A DNA stretch of 64,000 bases from Deltaproteobacteria bacterium (GTDB lineage: Bacteria > Myxococcota > SpSt-1050), in the NCBI GenBank assembly GCA_026416535.1, contig JAOAFA010000059.1, forward strand, positions 61,941-125,940. The letters run 5' to 3'. The stretch's first letter is position 1; the number at the start of each line of letters is the position of its first letter. Shown piece by piece: positions 1 to 10,037 of this stretch. A model generated the notes under the pieces. That model was given only the letters and a program-made list of their open reading frames with translations. It did no database searches and was not told the DNA's origin. The translations under genes and the position numbers were made by a program.

Positions 1-1128
1 GAAATGACACTTGCAATTATTATGCTTGTGGGTTCCTTTACAGCCCTATTTTCAGCCACAATTGCGATAACGCAAAACGACATTAAAAAGGTTTTAGCTT
101 ATTCTACAATCAGTCAGCTTGGATTCATGTTTTCTGCGGCAGGTGCTTATGCATTTAGTGCAGCGATGTTTCATTTGGTCACCCATGCCTTCTTTAAGGC
201 TGCCCTTTTTTTACTTGCAGGTTCAGTCATCCATGCATTGTCTGGTGAGCAGGATATAAATCGAATGGGTGGACTCGAAAAATATCTGCCACATACGTCT
301 CTTATGTTCTGGCTGGCCTCGCTTACAATAGCCGGAATTCCACCTTTCTCCGCATTCTTCTCTAAGGATGAGATCCTTTATAAAGTATTCATAAATGAGA
401 ATTCAGTTGTTCCCCTTGCTCCAAAGATTTCTTATACAATGCTTATAATTACATCATTTCTTACAGCTTTGTACATTTCAAGGTTGTACTTCAAGGTCTT
501 CACAGGTGATTATAAAGGTAGTTTGAAACCTCACGAATCCCCCAAAGTTATGTTAGTACCTATTTATATTTTGACAGTTCTATTTGCAATTTTTGGTCCG
601 ATTGGAATGGGCAGTGGAATAGGGCATATATTAGAGATACCAGCTAGAATATTCGGCAAAGATCTTCACTTGGTCAATACATTTGAAAGACTAGTTGGAC
701 CTTCTATAGCATCTTTCGGAACTATTAGTTTGGATGTATCGCTTGAAATTTTTATGATATTCATTTCTGTAATTGTTGCGTTTGCTGGTTGGTTATTAGG
801 AAGATATTTGTATTGTCACCAACCATCGCCTGTTGTTGAAGTAATAAATCAAAAGTTCTACCGTGTGCAGAACATAATATACAGAAAGTACTTTGTGGAT
901 GAAGTTTATGATTTTCTAATTGTTAAACCTTATTACTATATTTCAAGGTCGCTATTTGAATTGATTGATAGAGTTATCATTGAATTTATAATTATCGGCT
1001 TTATTGTCAAGGTTACTTACATAACTGGGTATCTGTTGAGATTTTTCCAAAACGGGTATTTATACAAGATAATCTGTGTAGGTTTAATTGGATTAGGTAT
1101 ATTGGTATATTTTATGATGGGGAAGTAA
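1..1128 (+). CDS. nuoL: NADH-quinone oxidoreductase subunit L (complex I antiporter-like subunit), 5'-truncated by the window edge
   Basis: The reading frame is open from base 1. The translation carries the NuoL/ND5 C-terminal region: 'KVLAYSTISQLGFM', 'HAFFKAALFLLAGSVIHA', and a long C-terminal amphipathic/transmembrane region. nuoM and nuoN follow directly. Confidence 0.8.
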   Translation, partial: EMTLAIIMLVGSFTALFSATIAITQNDIKKVLAYSTISQLGFMFSAAGAYAFSAAMFHLVTHAFFKAALFLLAGSVIHALSGEQDINRMGGLEKYLPHTSLMFWLASLTIAGIPPFSAFFSKDEILYKVFINENSVVPLAPKISYTMLIITSFLTALYISRLYFKVFTGDYKGSLKPHESPKVMLVPIYILTVLFAIFGPIGMGSGIGHILEIPARIFGKDLHLVNTFERLVGPSIASFGTISLDVSLEIFMIFISVIVAFAGWLLGRYLYCHQPSPVVEVINQKFYRVQNIIYRKYFVDEVYDFLIVKPYYYISRSLFELIDRVIIEFIIIGFIVKVTYITGYLLRFFQNGYLYKIICVGLIGLGILVYFMMGK

Positions 1129-2628
1129 ATGGAATTGCACATCCTTTCATACCTAGTATTTTCACCTTTGTTAGGTTTGTTAATCCTCTTTTTTATTCCA
1201 AGAGATGAAAAAGAGCTCATCAAAAATATAGCATTTATCTCATCTATTATCCCACTCGGCTTATCATTGTTACTTCTATTCATGTTTGATAAGACTAACT
1301 CTGGTTTTCAGTTTGAGACGCTTGTAAAATGGATTTCAACACTGAATATTAATTACCATGTAGGAGTGGATGGTATAAGTCTATTTCTGATCTTGCTTAC
1401 AACTCTATCAGTTCCTATTGTTATTCTCTCATCTTTTAAGTATATCACAGAAAGTGAGAAATTCTATTATATGATGGTATTGTTCTTGGAGATTGCAATG
1501 TTGGGGACGTTTTTAGCTCTTGATCTTGTTCTCTTCTTCCTTTTTTGGGAAGCTATGCTGATCCCAATGTATTTTATTATTGCGATATGGGGTGGGGATA
1601 ATAAAAGATATGCCACATTTAAGTTTGTCATCTATACTTCAATTGGTTCAGTTCTGATGTTAATCGGTATATTTTATGTGGGCAATCTCGCGGGCAGCTT
1701 TTCAATAAATGATGTATATGGTACAGTATTTTCAATAAAAGAACAACTCTTGCTGTTTGGAGCATTCTTTCTAGCATTTGCAATAAAAGTTCCTATTTTT
1801 CCTTTTCACACATGGCTACCAGATGCCCATGTAGAAGCACCAACAGGTGGTTCAGTAATTCTTGCAGCGATATTGCTCAAAATGGGAGCTTATGGAGTAA
1901 TCAGGTTTGTAATTCCTCTATTTCCAAATGCAGTAGTCTTGCTTGCACCTTTGATATTTGTGCTCGCTGTAGTTGGTATTATCTATGCTGCCATGGCTTC
2001 TTACGTACAGAAGGATCTTAAGAGATTAGTCGCGTATTCTTCTGTTTCACACATGGGGCTTATAATTTTGGGACTTTTTGCACTTAGTAGTGTTTCAATA
2101 AGTGGAGCAGTCTATCAGATGATCTCCCATGGTCTTTCTACTGGGTCACTCTTTTTAATTGTAGGTATTCTATATGAGAGAAGACATACAAGGCTTATTA
2201 CCGAGTATGGTGGTATTGCTTCAGCAATGCCAATGTTCTCAGTATTCTTTATGATAGCCTCTCTCACCTCTATTGCTGTTCCATTTACTTCCGGATTTGT
2301 AGGTGAGTTTATGGTTTTATTTGGAGCCTATTCCTCTGACTTTTTGAAGAATGTATATGAATATTCACAGATTTTTGTCTATGTTGCTGCCTCAGGGATG
2401 CTCTTTGGAGCGATTTACATGTTGTGGGCATATCAAAAAGTCGCTCTTGGTCCAAACATTAATCTGGAAAACCAGAGACTATTCGATCTAAGCCTAAGAG
2501 AGTTCATAGTCTTACTCCCTTATTCAATACTCATGATAGTATTGGGTATCCATACTGAATTCGTAGTATCACGCATCATGCCCTCAGTAGATAGAATCAT
2601 AGGAATTTTTTATGCAGGACTGAGATAA
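1129..2628 (+). CDS. nuoM: NADH-quinone oxidoreductase subunit M
   Basis: The NuoM/ND4 hallmark 'HTWLPDAHVEAPTGGSVILAAILLKMGAYGVIRF' is present. The protein is polytopic. The start codon immediately follows the nuoL stop. Confidence 0.85.
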   Translation: MELHILSYLVFSPLLGLLILFFIPRDEKELIKNIAFISSIIPLGLSLLLLFMFDKTNSGFQFETLVKWISTLNINYHVGVDGISLFLILLTTLSVPIVILSSFKYITESEKFYYMMVLFLEIAMLGTFLALDLVLFFLFWEAMLIPMYFIIAIWGGDNKRYATFKFVIYTSIGSVLMLIGIFYVGNLAGSFSINDVYGTVFSIKEQLLLFGAFFLAFAIKVPIFPFHTWLPDAHVEAPTGGSVILAAILLKMGAYGVIRFVIPLFPNAVVLLAPLIFVLAVVGIIYAAMASYVQKDLKRLVAYSSVSHMGLIILGLFALSSVSISGAVYQMISHGLSTGSLFLIVGILYERRHTRLITEYGGIASAMPMFSVFFMIASLTSIAVPFTSGFVGEFMVLFGAYSSDFLKNVYEYSQIFVYVAASGMLFGAIYMLWAYQKVALGPNINLENQRLFDLSLREFIVLLPYSILMIVLGIHTEFVVSRIMPSVDRIIGIFYAGLR

Positions 2629-4112
2629 TGACCGAACTATTGAGCAATATATCCTCGTTAGTATTTTTATTTGTTTGCGCAGTTTCACTTTTGATAATTA
2701 TATCGTTTAAGAGAAGAGAGAGTGATGGTTCTTTTATAAATACTCTTGCAATTATATCCCTCGTTGTTGCCATTGTATGGGAGATGAGCGAATTAATCTC
2801 TGGTAAAAATGAGTATATGGGTCATATGATTACCGTAAATTCATTTACGGCACTTTCATCAATAATACTCTACATTATTGGGATAATCACTATTGTGATA
2901 ACAGATTCATTTAAAGGGTTTTTGGCAGAGGATAAAGGTGATTCATCTATATTAATCCTCTTATCTATATGTGGGATGCAGATCATGATCATATCAAGTG
3001 AGTTTATCCTGATGTTAATTGGACTTGAAATTGCATCAATGTCTATTTTTGTTCTCTCATCTAGGAATAATCGTTCGAGATTAGCTATAGAAGCAACAAT
3101 AAAATATTTAGTTTTTAGTTCTATCTTTTTTGCAATCTCTCTCTTAGGTATAGCCATAGTTTATGGGTTTATGCTCTCAATAGGGGTAAACTCAGATATG
3201 CTAAGTTTTCATAATTTAGGATTTGTGGGCAGGACCTTAAATGCGGGAAATCTATTATTAACATCTGCGTATATTTTTATAATTTCAATCATTCTTTTGA
3301 AACTCGGGATTATTCCATTTCACATGTGGGTTCCCGATTTTTATGAAGGCTCCCCTTCGGTCGTTTCTGGTTTTGCTTCTACATCTATAAAAGTGGCATC
3401 TGTTGTTGTAATACTGAATATATTTTCTAAGATGTTTTTTATGCCTCTTATCTCTGATTATCATGCAGCATATAAGATGCTCGAGGTTCTTACTATCATA
3501 ACAATTATTGTTTCTACGGTTGTTGCGCTTCATCAAACGAATGTAAAGAGGCTTATTGCGTATTCAAGTATAGCTAATGCCGCTCTTATTATGCTTGGAC
3601 TCTTATCTTATCTCGTAGCATCAGAGCAGCTAAGAATAGTAGTGAAGGTGAATTTAGTCTTTTTCATTCTCGTTTATTCACTCATGACACTGCTAGCATT
3701 TGGAGTTTTCTCAAGACTCGAAAAAGAGGGGGGTGGAAATCAACTAATTAGTAGTTTTAATGGGCTCTATTTTAAAAATCCATTTTTAGCATTATCGCTC
3801 TCTGTTGCTTTATTCTCATTGGCAGGGCTGCCTCCTACAGGTGGTTTTTTTGCTAAGCTGTTCATATTTAAGTCTGCAATAGACTCAGGTCTCATTGTTA
3901 TTTCGGTTGTAGCAATTTTGATGACGATTGTTTCGTTATATTACTATCTCAATTTTGTAATAGTTATGTTTATCAAAGAACCATCAACCAACGAACGCTA
4001 TAGTGGTTCTACATTATTCAACTTTACTATCGGCATAATTGTTTTTGCGATATTGCTAGCTGGAATCCTCCCCAACAAGCTGATAGGAGTATTCGAGCTA
4101 TTACTGAAATAA
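2628..4112 (+). CDS. nuoN: NADH-quinone oxidoreductase subunit N
   Basis: The NuoN/ND2 motif 'FHMWVPDFYEGSPSVVSGF' is present. The start overlaps the nuoM stop as TAATG. The protein is polytopic. Confidence 0.85.
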   Translation: MTELLSNISSLVFLFVCAVSLLIIISFKRRESDGSFINTLAIISLVVAIVWEMSELISGKNEYMGHMITVNSFTALSSIILYIIGIITIVITDSFKGFLAEDKGDSSILILLSICGMQIMIISSEFILMLIGLEIASMSIFVLSSRNNRSRLAIEATIKYLVFSSIFFAISLLGIAIVYGFMLSIGVNSDMLSFHNLGFVGRTLNAGNLLLTSAYIFIISIILLKLGIIPFHMWVPDFYEGSPSVVSGFASTSIKVASVVVILNIFSKMFFMPLISDYHAAYKMLEVLTIITIIVSTVVALHQTNVKRLIAYSSIANAALIMLGLLSYLVASEQLRIVVKVNLVFFILVYSLMTLLAFGVFSRLEKEGGGNQLISSFNGLYFKNPFLALSLSVALFSLAGLPPTGGFFAKLFIFKSAIDSGLIVISVVAILMTIVSLYYYLNFVIVMFIKEPSTNERYSGSTLFNFTIGIIVFAILLAGILPNKLIGVFELLLK

Positions 4113-4189
4113 TTCTTAAGATCAATTCGGTGTATTTGTTAAATTTAGGAATTCATAAAATCTAATTTTTATGATATAAATAGTAATAT

Positions 4190-5137
4190 ATGCATAGGTT
4201 GGGGAATAAGAGATTCCTTATTACTGGGATAAGTAAGTTTCCTGCTAATAAGATAGTCAAGTTCTTGGTGGAGCATAAGTTTGATGTAATAGGTGTAGAT
4301 ATAAGATTCCCGGCATTTAATCCTCCTGGTATCAGGTTTTATGAAACAGATCCGTATTTTTCAAATATCGGTTACATATGTAAGAGTGACAAAGTAGATA
4401 TTGTTGTTCATCTTATGTTTGACTATGATATATATTCTGAAAATCATCCTTATAATAGAAATAATTTTATCAGGTTTGAGAGATTATTTAACTCCTTTGA
4501 GAAAGGTCTCTTTGAGAAATTGTATATATTCTCATCTTCATTGGTATATGGAGTCAATTTTTCAAATAATAGTAAATACGTTGAAACTGATACCTTAATT
4601 GCATCTTCGTCAATAGCTTATTTGAATGATATGTTGGTGATTGAGAGGTATCTAACTAATTATTTTTTAAGAGGAGATGATAAGGGACTATTTCTGTTTA
4701 GAATAGCCCCACTTTACCATAATTTCTCAGAAGATATTGTCATAAAGTATCTGAAGAAAGTTCCTTTATTTTTTTCAATAGCTCAAAGAGATCCTGAGTA
4801 TCAATTTTTGTATATTACTGATCTTATCAACTATATACTTAACTCAGTCGTGTTGAGCTCGGGGGGAATCTTTAATATTGCTTCATCGGATACAATAAGG
4901 CTAAGTGAGCTCGCTGTTTGTATGAATAGGCCTTTTATATATATACCTGAAAGTCTTTCAAGGGGCGTGTTTAAATGTTTAAAATTTATTTCTAGATCAG
5001 AGTTGTATAATCAGGAACTTATTGATATATTGTCATTCCCTTGCCTTGTATCTATAGACAAGGCAAGAAAGAGGCTTAATTATGAGCCTGAATATGGGTG
5101 TAGAGATTTGATTGAAAATATAACGTTATTTGAGTAG
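4190..5137 (+). CDS. NAD-dependent epimerase/dehydratase (extended SDR)-like protein; catalytic motifs look degenerate
   Basis: A Rossmann-like N-terminus ('RFLITGISKFPANKIVKFL') and a C-terminal 'GGIFNIASSDTIRLSELA' block are typical of the SDR-epimerase fold. I see no clean GxxGxxG motif and no YxxxK motif. Confidence 0.35.
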   Translation: MHRLGNKRFLITGISKFPANKIVKFLVEHKFDVIGVDIRFPAFNPPGIRFYETDPYFSNIGYICKSDKVDIVVHLMFDYDIYSENHPYNRNNFIRFERLFNSFEKGLFEKLYIFSSSLVYGVNFSNNSKYVETDTLIASSSIAYLNDMLVIERYLTNYFLRGDDKGLFLFRIAPLYHNFSEDIVIKYLKKVPLFFSIAQRDPEYQFLYITDLINYILNSVVLSSGGIFNIASSDTIRLSELAVCMNRPFIYIPESLSRGVFKCLKFISRSELYNQELIDILSFPCLVSIDKARKRLNYEPEYGCRDLIENITLFE

Positions 5138-5149
5138 GAGGAAGTCGAT

Positions 5150-5803
5150 ATGTTTAAGTTAGGTGTAGTTTTTTTAATATTTCTATCTTTCGCATCTTGT
5201 CAAAAACAAGAGGATAGTGAAGAGTTATTTATGAAGGCCGAGGGATTTTTGAAGTTGAATATGTATAAAGAGGCGCTTGATATATATATTGAACTTAAGA
5301 GTAGGGAATATAAAACGGAAGTAGTTAATGAGAGAATTAAGTTGGCCTCATCAAAGCTTGCAAAAGAGAAATTACAGGGGGAAACAAAGGCACCTATTAG
5401 ATCTGAACAGACTGATGTGGTAGTAAGGAATGTCCCTACAACTTCTTTGTCTGAGTTTAAGGTATCAAGATGTGATAATAGCTATAATGAACGTATTGAG
5501 AATATAAAGAATGAGATGAAACCCTACCAGGAAGAACTCGCTGAGATCGATAAAAAGCTTGCAAAAATTAGCTCTGAATACAAGATAGTTCAAAAAGATG
5601 GTGTCTATCACATAGCAGTTTCACCAGATATTCCCAAAGAGAAACAAAGAGAGATTGCCGAGGGACCTGCAAGAGAGTTTGGAACTCTTAATGCAAGAAA
5701 AAATGAAGTTCTTCAATTGATTAATAGGTTTGATGTGGAGATATCCAAAGTTTTGGAGGAGGCAAGAAAGGCTGGGCAACCATCGGATTGTTTGAGAAGG
5801 TGA
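5150..5803 (+). CDS. hypothetical lipoprotein (coiled-coil rich)
   Basis: Signal peptide with lipobox 'LSFASC'. A GGAGG ribosome-binding site lies upstream. The gene stops 3 nt before the psd start. Confidence 0.5.
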   Translation: MFKLGVVFLIFLSFASCQKQEDSEELFMKAEGFLKLNMYKEALDIYIELKSREYKTEVVNERIKLASSKLAKEKLQGETKAPIRSEQTDVVVRNVPTTSLSEFKVSRCDNSYNERIENIKNEMKPYQEELAEIDKKLAKISSEYKIVQKDGVYHIAVSPDIPKEKQREIAEGPAREFGTLNARKNEVLQLINRFDVEISKVLEEARKAGQPSDCLRR

Positions 5804-5806
5804 TTT

Positions 5807-6619
5807 ATGGAGAAGTTCCTTTTGTATGTTCTAAAGTATGTTCCTAGGAGGATGATAACAGAGCTTATAGGGTGGATCTCTAAGATTGAAAATGAATATC
5901 TTCAGAGGCGACTAATTAATTGGTTTGTTAAAAAATATAAAGTAAATACAGATGAGATGCTTTATTCGGTTGAACATTATAGAACTCTTTATCAATTTTT
6001 TATAAGGGAATTGAAACCATCGGTACGAACAATTGATTCCAAAATTATAGTAGCACCTGTTGACGGTATTTTGACTGAGTGTGGGAATATATCTAATAAT
6101 AGGTTCGAATGTAAAGGCGAGATGCTCTCGATAAAAGATCTTGTGGCTTGTGAGAACTTTTTGGGAGATATACAAGAAGGTTATTTTACAGTGCATTATT
6201 TAAGTCCCTCTGATTATCATTGGATTCATTCTCCTGTGGATGGTGAGATTTATAAAGTTAGTCATATTAGGGGTGACCTGTATCCGGTGTTTGATGATAT
6301 GATAGCTCATAAAAAGGATATTCTTTGCATTAATGAACGTTATAATGTGTTTATCAAAAATGATAGATTGAAAATCTGTGTATGTATGATTGCAGCCATG
6401 GGAGTCGGCAATATTGTGCCATCAAATAAAATAATTCAATACAATACTGTGAATGGGGAGGTAGACTTGAATAAGCGCCCAATAGAGATATCAAAAGGGG
6501 AGAAATTAGCATATTTTGCTATTGGTTCTACAGTAGTACTTATATTTAATAATTTTGAGCCTGATTATGGATTAAAAGGTAAGCATTTGAAATTTGGTCA
6601 CGGTATTACGTATCTATGA
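5807..6619 (+). CDS. psd: phosphatidylserine decarboxylase proenzyme (short form)
   Basis: 'YLSPSDYHWIHSPVDGEI' (the PSD Y-H-R/W-x-H-S-P block) and a C-terminal 'FAIGSTVVLIF' (the G-S-T autocleavage/pyruvoyl site). Confidence 0.8.
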   Translation: MEKFLLYVLKYVPRRMITELIGWISKIENEYLQRRLINWFVKKYKVNTDEMLYSVEHYRTLYQFFIRELKPSVRTIDSKIIVAPVDGILTECGNISNNRFECKGEMLSIKDLVACENFLGDIQEGYFTVHYLSPSDYHWIHSPVDGEIYKVSHIRGDLYPVFDDMIAHKKDILCINERYNVFIKNDRLKICVCMIAAMGVGNIVPSNKIIQYNTVNGEVDLNKRPIEISKGEKLAYFAIGSTVVLIFNNFEPDYGLKGKHLKFGHGITYL

Positions 6620-8064
6620 AACTTGTGAGAATAGATAATTTTAGATTAAAACTTTTAAAAGAAGGAGAGATGATTACAGATGCGCATATTTATGCAAGTG
6701 AGAATATTAATCTGGAGTCGGAGGCAATAAATCAGCTTTATAATACCGCCTCTCTCCCCATTATATCCAGTGTACTTTGTACCCCTGATATACATATTGG
6801 TTTTGGAGTACCCATTGGAACAGTTGCTGCCTCTGAGACATCAGTGATTCCATCAGCTGTAGGATATGATATAAACTGTGGAATGAGTATGCTCGTTACT
6901 GGTATTAGATATGATGAAATTATTATAAAGGATGTAGCTCATAGGATTCATAGTAAGATTCCATTAGGAGAAGGTAAACATAATATAGCCTTTAAAAGTG
7001 AGGAATTGAAAAAGATCCTCTCTTCAGGAGTGGCTGGTTTATACGATGTGGTATCATCGAAGTCATTCTCTAAGAAATATTCTGAATTGGCTTACTTGTT
7101 TGAGGGACGATCCTATGAGAGCTTTAGAGAACATATTGAGGATGGAGGTGCATTATTTACAGATCCTGAGTCTGTTCCTGAGAGGGCTTTAGAGAGGGGA
7201 TATAATCAATTTGCTACTTTAGGTGGAGGAAATCATTTCATTGAGCTTCAAAGAGTGGTTAGTATTCATGAACCAGGCATAGCTCAGCGATGGGGTATTT
7301 TTGAGGATGAGTTGACTATAATGATTCACAGTGGTTCAAGGGGGTTAGGTCATGAGATCGGTGATACTTATATGAAGCTGGCTGTTGCTTATTGTAAGAG
7401 GAAAAATCTTATATTCCCAAACAATAACTTGGCATATCTACATCTAAGTGACCGTGAAGGTAATGATTATATGAGGGCTATGTATGCGGCGGCAAATTTT
7501 GCATTTGTCAATAGACATATTATGACATTAATAATTATGGATGTTATATCTAAAGCGAGTAGGCAGACTAAAATAAGTCTTCTCTATGATGTTCCCCACA
7601 ATATAGCAAAATACGAAGTTGTGGATAATAAGAGGCTCCTTGTTCATAGGAAAGGAGCTACTCGTGCCTATCCTTTGTCTAAGATGAAGAATACTGTTTT
7701 TGCAGATACCGGACAGCCCGTTTTGATTCCAGGTTCTATGGGAACAAAATCGTATCTCTTAGTTGGTACAGAGGAATCTGTTGAGACTTTGTATTCAGTG
7801 AATCATGGGGCTGGGCGAGTAATGAGTCGAACTGCTGCTTCGGGCATAGGTAGGAGAGGTAAGAGAGGTTCTTCACTTATCTCTGATGAGGAGTTTAGGA
7901 GATCGATGGAGAATATATATCTAATATGTGAAGATAGAAAGACAATTAAAGAAGAGGCACCATCGGCATATAAGGATATAGATGAAGTAATAAAGGTAGT
8001 CACAGGTGCAAAAATTGCAAAAGTTGTAGCAGTAATGCAGCCACTCGCTGTGTTAAAAGGTTGA
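6616..8064 (+). CDS. rtcB: RNA-splicing ligase RtcB
   Basis: RtcB blocks are present: 'PDIHIGFGVPIGTVAA', 'GYDINCGMSML', 'GGGNHFIELQ', 'HSGSRGLGH', 'NHGAGR'. There is an ATGA start/stop overlap with psd. Confidence 0.85.
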   Translation: MKLVRIDNFRLKLLKEGEMITDAHIYASENINLESEAINQLYNTASLPIISSVLCTPDIHIGFGVPIGTVAASETSVIPSAVGYDINCGMSMLVTGIRYDEIIIKDVAHRIHSKIPLGEGKHNIAFKSEELKKILSSGVAGLYDVVSSKSFSKKYSELAYLFEGRSYESFREHIEDGGALFTDPESVPERALERGYNQFATLGGGNHFIELQRVVSIHEPGIAQRWGIFEDELTIMIHSGSRGLGHEIGDTYMKLAVAYCKRKNLIFPNNNLAYLHLSDREGNDYMRAMYAAANFAFVNRHIMTLIIMDVISKASRQTKISLLYDVPHNIAKYEVVDNKRLLVHRKGATRAYPLSKMKNTVFADTGQPVLIPGSMGTKSYLLVGTEESVETLYSVNHGAGRVMSRTAASGIGRRGKRGSSLISDEEFRRSMENIYLICEDRKTIKEEAPSAYKDIDEVIKVVTGAKIAKVVAVMQPLAVLKG

Positions 8065-8070
8065 ATTTTT

Positions 8071-8099
8071 TTGACATGCTGTGCCTAAAAATATATAAA
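8071..8099 (+). promoter_or_regulatory. candidate sigma70-type promoter for the downstream outer-membrane protein gene (TTGACA, 17 nt, TATAAA)
   Basis: TTGACA at 8071-8076, a 17-nt spacer, TATAAA at 8094-8099. This lies about 30 nt upstream of the 8130 start and just after the rtcB stop. Confidence 0.3.
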
Positions 8100-8129
8100 G
8101 AAGCTTGTTTGGCTTAAGGTTTTAATTTT

Positions 8130-9428
8130 ATGAAAAATGTTTTTTATAGTGTGATCCTTCTTATGATTAATTCATCTGTGGTTTTGAGTTCAGGTTCAGA
8201 CGTCATAGGTTTTGGCGCAAGAGGTATTTCAATGGGAAATACAGGTGCTTCTGCCAGTAATGATTCTTCTGCTGTTTTTTATAATGCAGCCCTTCTTATA
8301 GAGATAAAAAACCACTTGATGTTAGGTACTACACTTACAGATATGTACATTGATATAGTACCGTTTGAAGGGAGTAGTGGGGACAAGTATGGTGGTGTGA
8401 CAAATATGTATGGTTTATATCTCAGTGGCAAACATGATTTAAAGTTTAATAATTTTGCATTTGGTTTTGGGATCTATTTGCCAACAAATAGAATTCATCT
8501 TGAAAAGAGTTATTTTCCTGATGAAAGGGAACATTACTTTTCTAACAAGATCTATCCGGAATTGTATGGTGTTAGGTCAGAGGGAGAGTCAATATATTTG
8601 GCAGGTGCATATAGAGTTTTAAGTAACTTTAGCATCGGTGCAGGAACAATTATGAAAATTAACTCTTTTGCGCCATCGTATCAATACCTTCCCTCAATTA
8701 TAAGAACAGATCAAATGTATCTGAATCTTAATGCGGAAGAGAAGATAAAGTTGTTTCCGGTAGCCGGGATATTCTATAGACCAGTGGATAACTTGTCTAT
8801 TGGACTCTCTTATAGAGCAAGCACTTACTTTAAGATTGTATCTAGATCTTACACTGAGGTGCGTGGACTTACGAAGCCTGGTGAGCCAAATGTTTTTGAG
8901 GAGGTTTTTCTTTTTCAGTTTACTCCAAATGAATATACGGGGTCGATTTCAGTTAGATATTCTAATTGGTTAGCTACCACCGATTTAGTATATGAGGAAT
9001 ACTCAGATTATAGGGATTCGCATAATAGGAAACCTGTTGTTCCGTTTAAGGATATTATCTCTGCCCACTTTGGGGTAGAGCATCTTTTAACTGATTCCTG
9101 GCTGTTGAGAGGTGGTTATGTATTTAAACCTACACCTGTTCCTGAGCAAAATGGACGTACGAACTACGCGGATACTGATGTACATTATGTCACTCTTGGA
9201 AATGGATTTATATGGAATTATGAAGGATGGAAACTGCGTCTTGATTTATATGTCCTTTTGATGTTTTTCGAAGAGAGAATAAATAGAAAGACCAAAGATG
9301 CTTTAGATCCAGTAATTGATGAGGATCAGAACTTAGAAGGTATTCAGAGTAGAAATCCAGGGTATCCTGGATTCACAATGTCAGGGTTTGGTTATGGTGG
9401 AGGGATTTCATTAAGTATATTTTATTAA
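8130..9428 (+). CDS. outer-membrane beta-barrel, FadL/OmpP1/TodX-like transport protein family
   Basis: Signal peptide. An N-terminal 'GFGARGISMGNTGASASNDSSAVFYNAALL' resembles the FadL-family N-terminal hatch consensus (G.G.r..g.GgA..A...DaSAvfyNPAgL). The C-terminus ends in an aromatic residue ('ISLSIFY'). Confidence 0.5.
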   Translation: MKNVFYSVILLMINSSVVLSSGSDVIGFGARGISMGNTGASASNDSSAVFYNAALLIEIKNHLMLGTTLTDMYIDIVPFEGSSGDKYGGVTNMYGLYLSGKHDLKFNNFAFGFGIYLPTNRIHLEKSYFPDEREHYFSNKIYPELYGVRSEGESIYLAGAYRVLSNFSIGAGTIMKINSFAPSYQYLPSIIRTDQMYLNLNAEEKIKLFPVAGIFYRPVDNLSIGLSYRASTYFKIVSRSYTEVRGLTKPGEPNVFEEVFLFQFTPNEYTGSISVRYSNWLATTDLVYEEYSDYRDSHNRKPVVPFKDIISAHFGVEHLLTDSWLLRGGYVFKPTPVPEQNGRTNYADTDVHYVTLGNGFIWNYEGWKLRLDLYVLLMFFEERINRKTKDALDPVIDEDQNLEGIQSRNPGYPGFTMSGFGYGGGISLSIFY

Positions 9429-9440
9429 GAGGAGGAGAGT

Positions 9441-10037
9441 GTGAGAAACATTTTCAAGATTATCACATTAGATGATCTCAGTAGAATAGAGATAAAGAAT
9501 TATAATAAAGAGGACAAAGAAGAGATAATATCATTTTTATCTAATCAGGGAGTTTGTGATAGGGTCTTTTTTTGGGCGCACAAGGATGCGGAAGATGTCT
9601 TAAAAGAGTTTGATTTATTAATAGAGCAAGGTAATAACGTGATTGTGGCATTCTGCAGAGGAAGAGTGGTTGGAATAGGCATTTCAAAGAAATTTAGAGA
9701 ATATCATTTTAGGCATATTGAAAGATTCTATATCTGTATTGATAGATCATTTTGGGGTAGCGGTCTGGTTCGAGAGTTAATATTAGAGCTTGTGTACCTG
9801 AGTTTAGAGGATGGGAGAGAAAAGGTCATTATTGAGTTGTTGCCCGAAATGAAAGAGTATAGGAAGGAGATAGAAGGTCTTGATTTTGAACAAATAGCTT
9901 TATTGCCAGAATTTTTCATGGATGAATTAGGTGGGAAGAGAGACATACTGGTCTTTGCAAATAATCTGGGCAATCTATGGAAGAGCTTTGAGGAAAATAT
10001 AGATTTACAATTCCGTCCGCATATAATGGAAGATTGA
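9441..10037 (+). CDS. putative GNAT-family N-acetyltransferase
   Basis: 'VIVAFCRGRVVGIGI' followed by 'FWGSGLVRELI' resembles GNAT motif A and the acetyl-CoA P-loop. Similarity is weak. Confidence 0.35.
   Translation: MRNIFKIITLDDLSRIEIKNYNKEDKEEIISFLSNQGVCDRVFFWAHKDAEDVLKEFDLLIEQGNNVIVAFCRGRVVGIGISKKFREYHFRHIERFYICIDRSFWGSGLVRELILELVYLSLEDGREKVIIELLPEMKEYRKEIEGLDFEQIALLPEFFMDELGGKRDILVFANNLGNLWKSFEENIDLQFRPHIMED

Noticed and set aside
1017-3536. Short antisense ORFs inside nuoL/nuoM/nuoN (1017-1283, 2870-3157, 3285-3536 minus; 1812-2021 plus)
   Set aside because: They lie entirely within strongly supported membrane-protein genes, have biased low-complexity composition, and carry no ribosome-binding site. 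They are typical shadow ORFs of an AT-rich genome.
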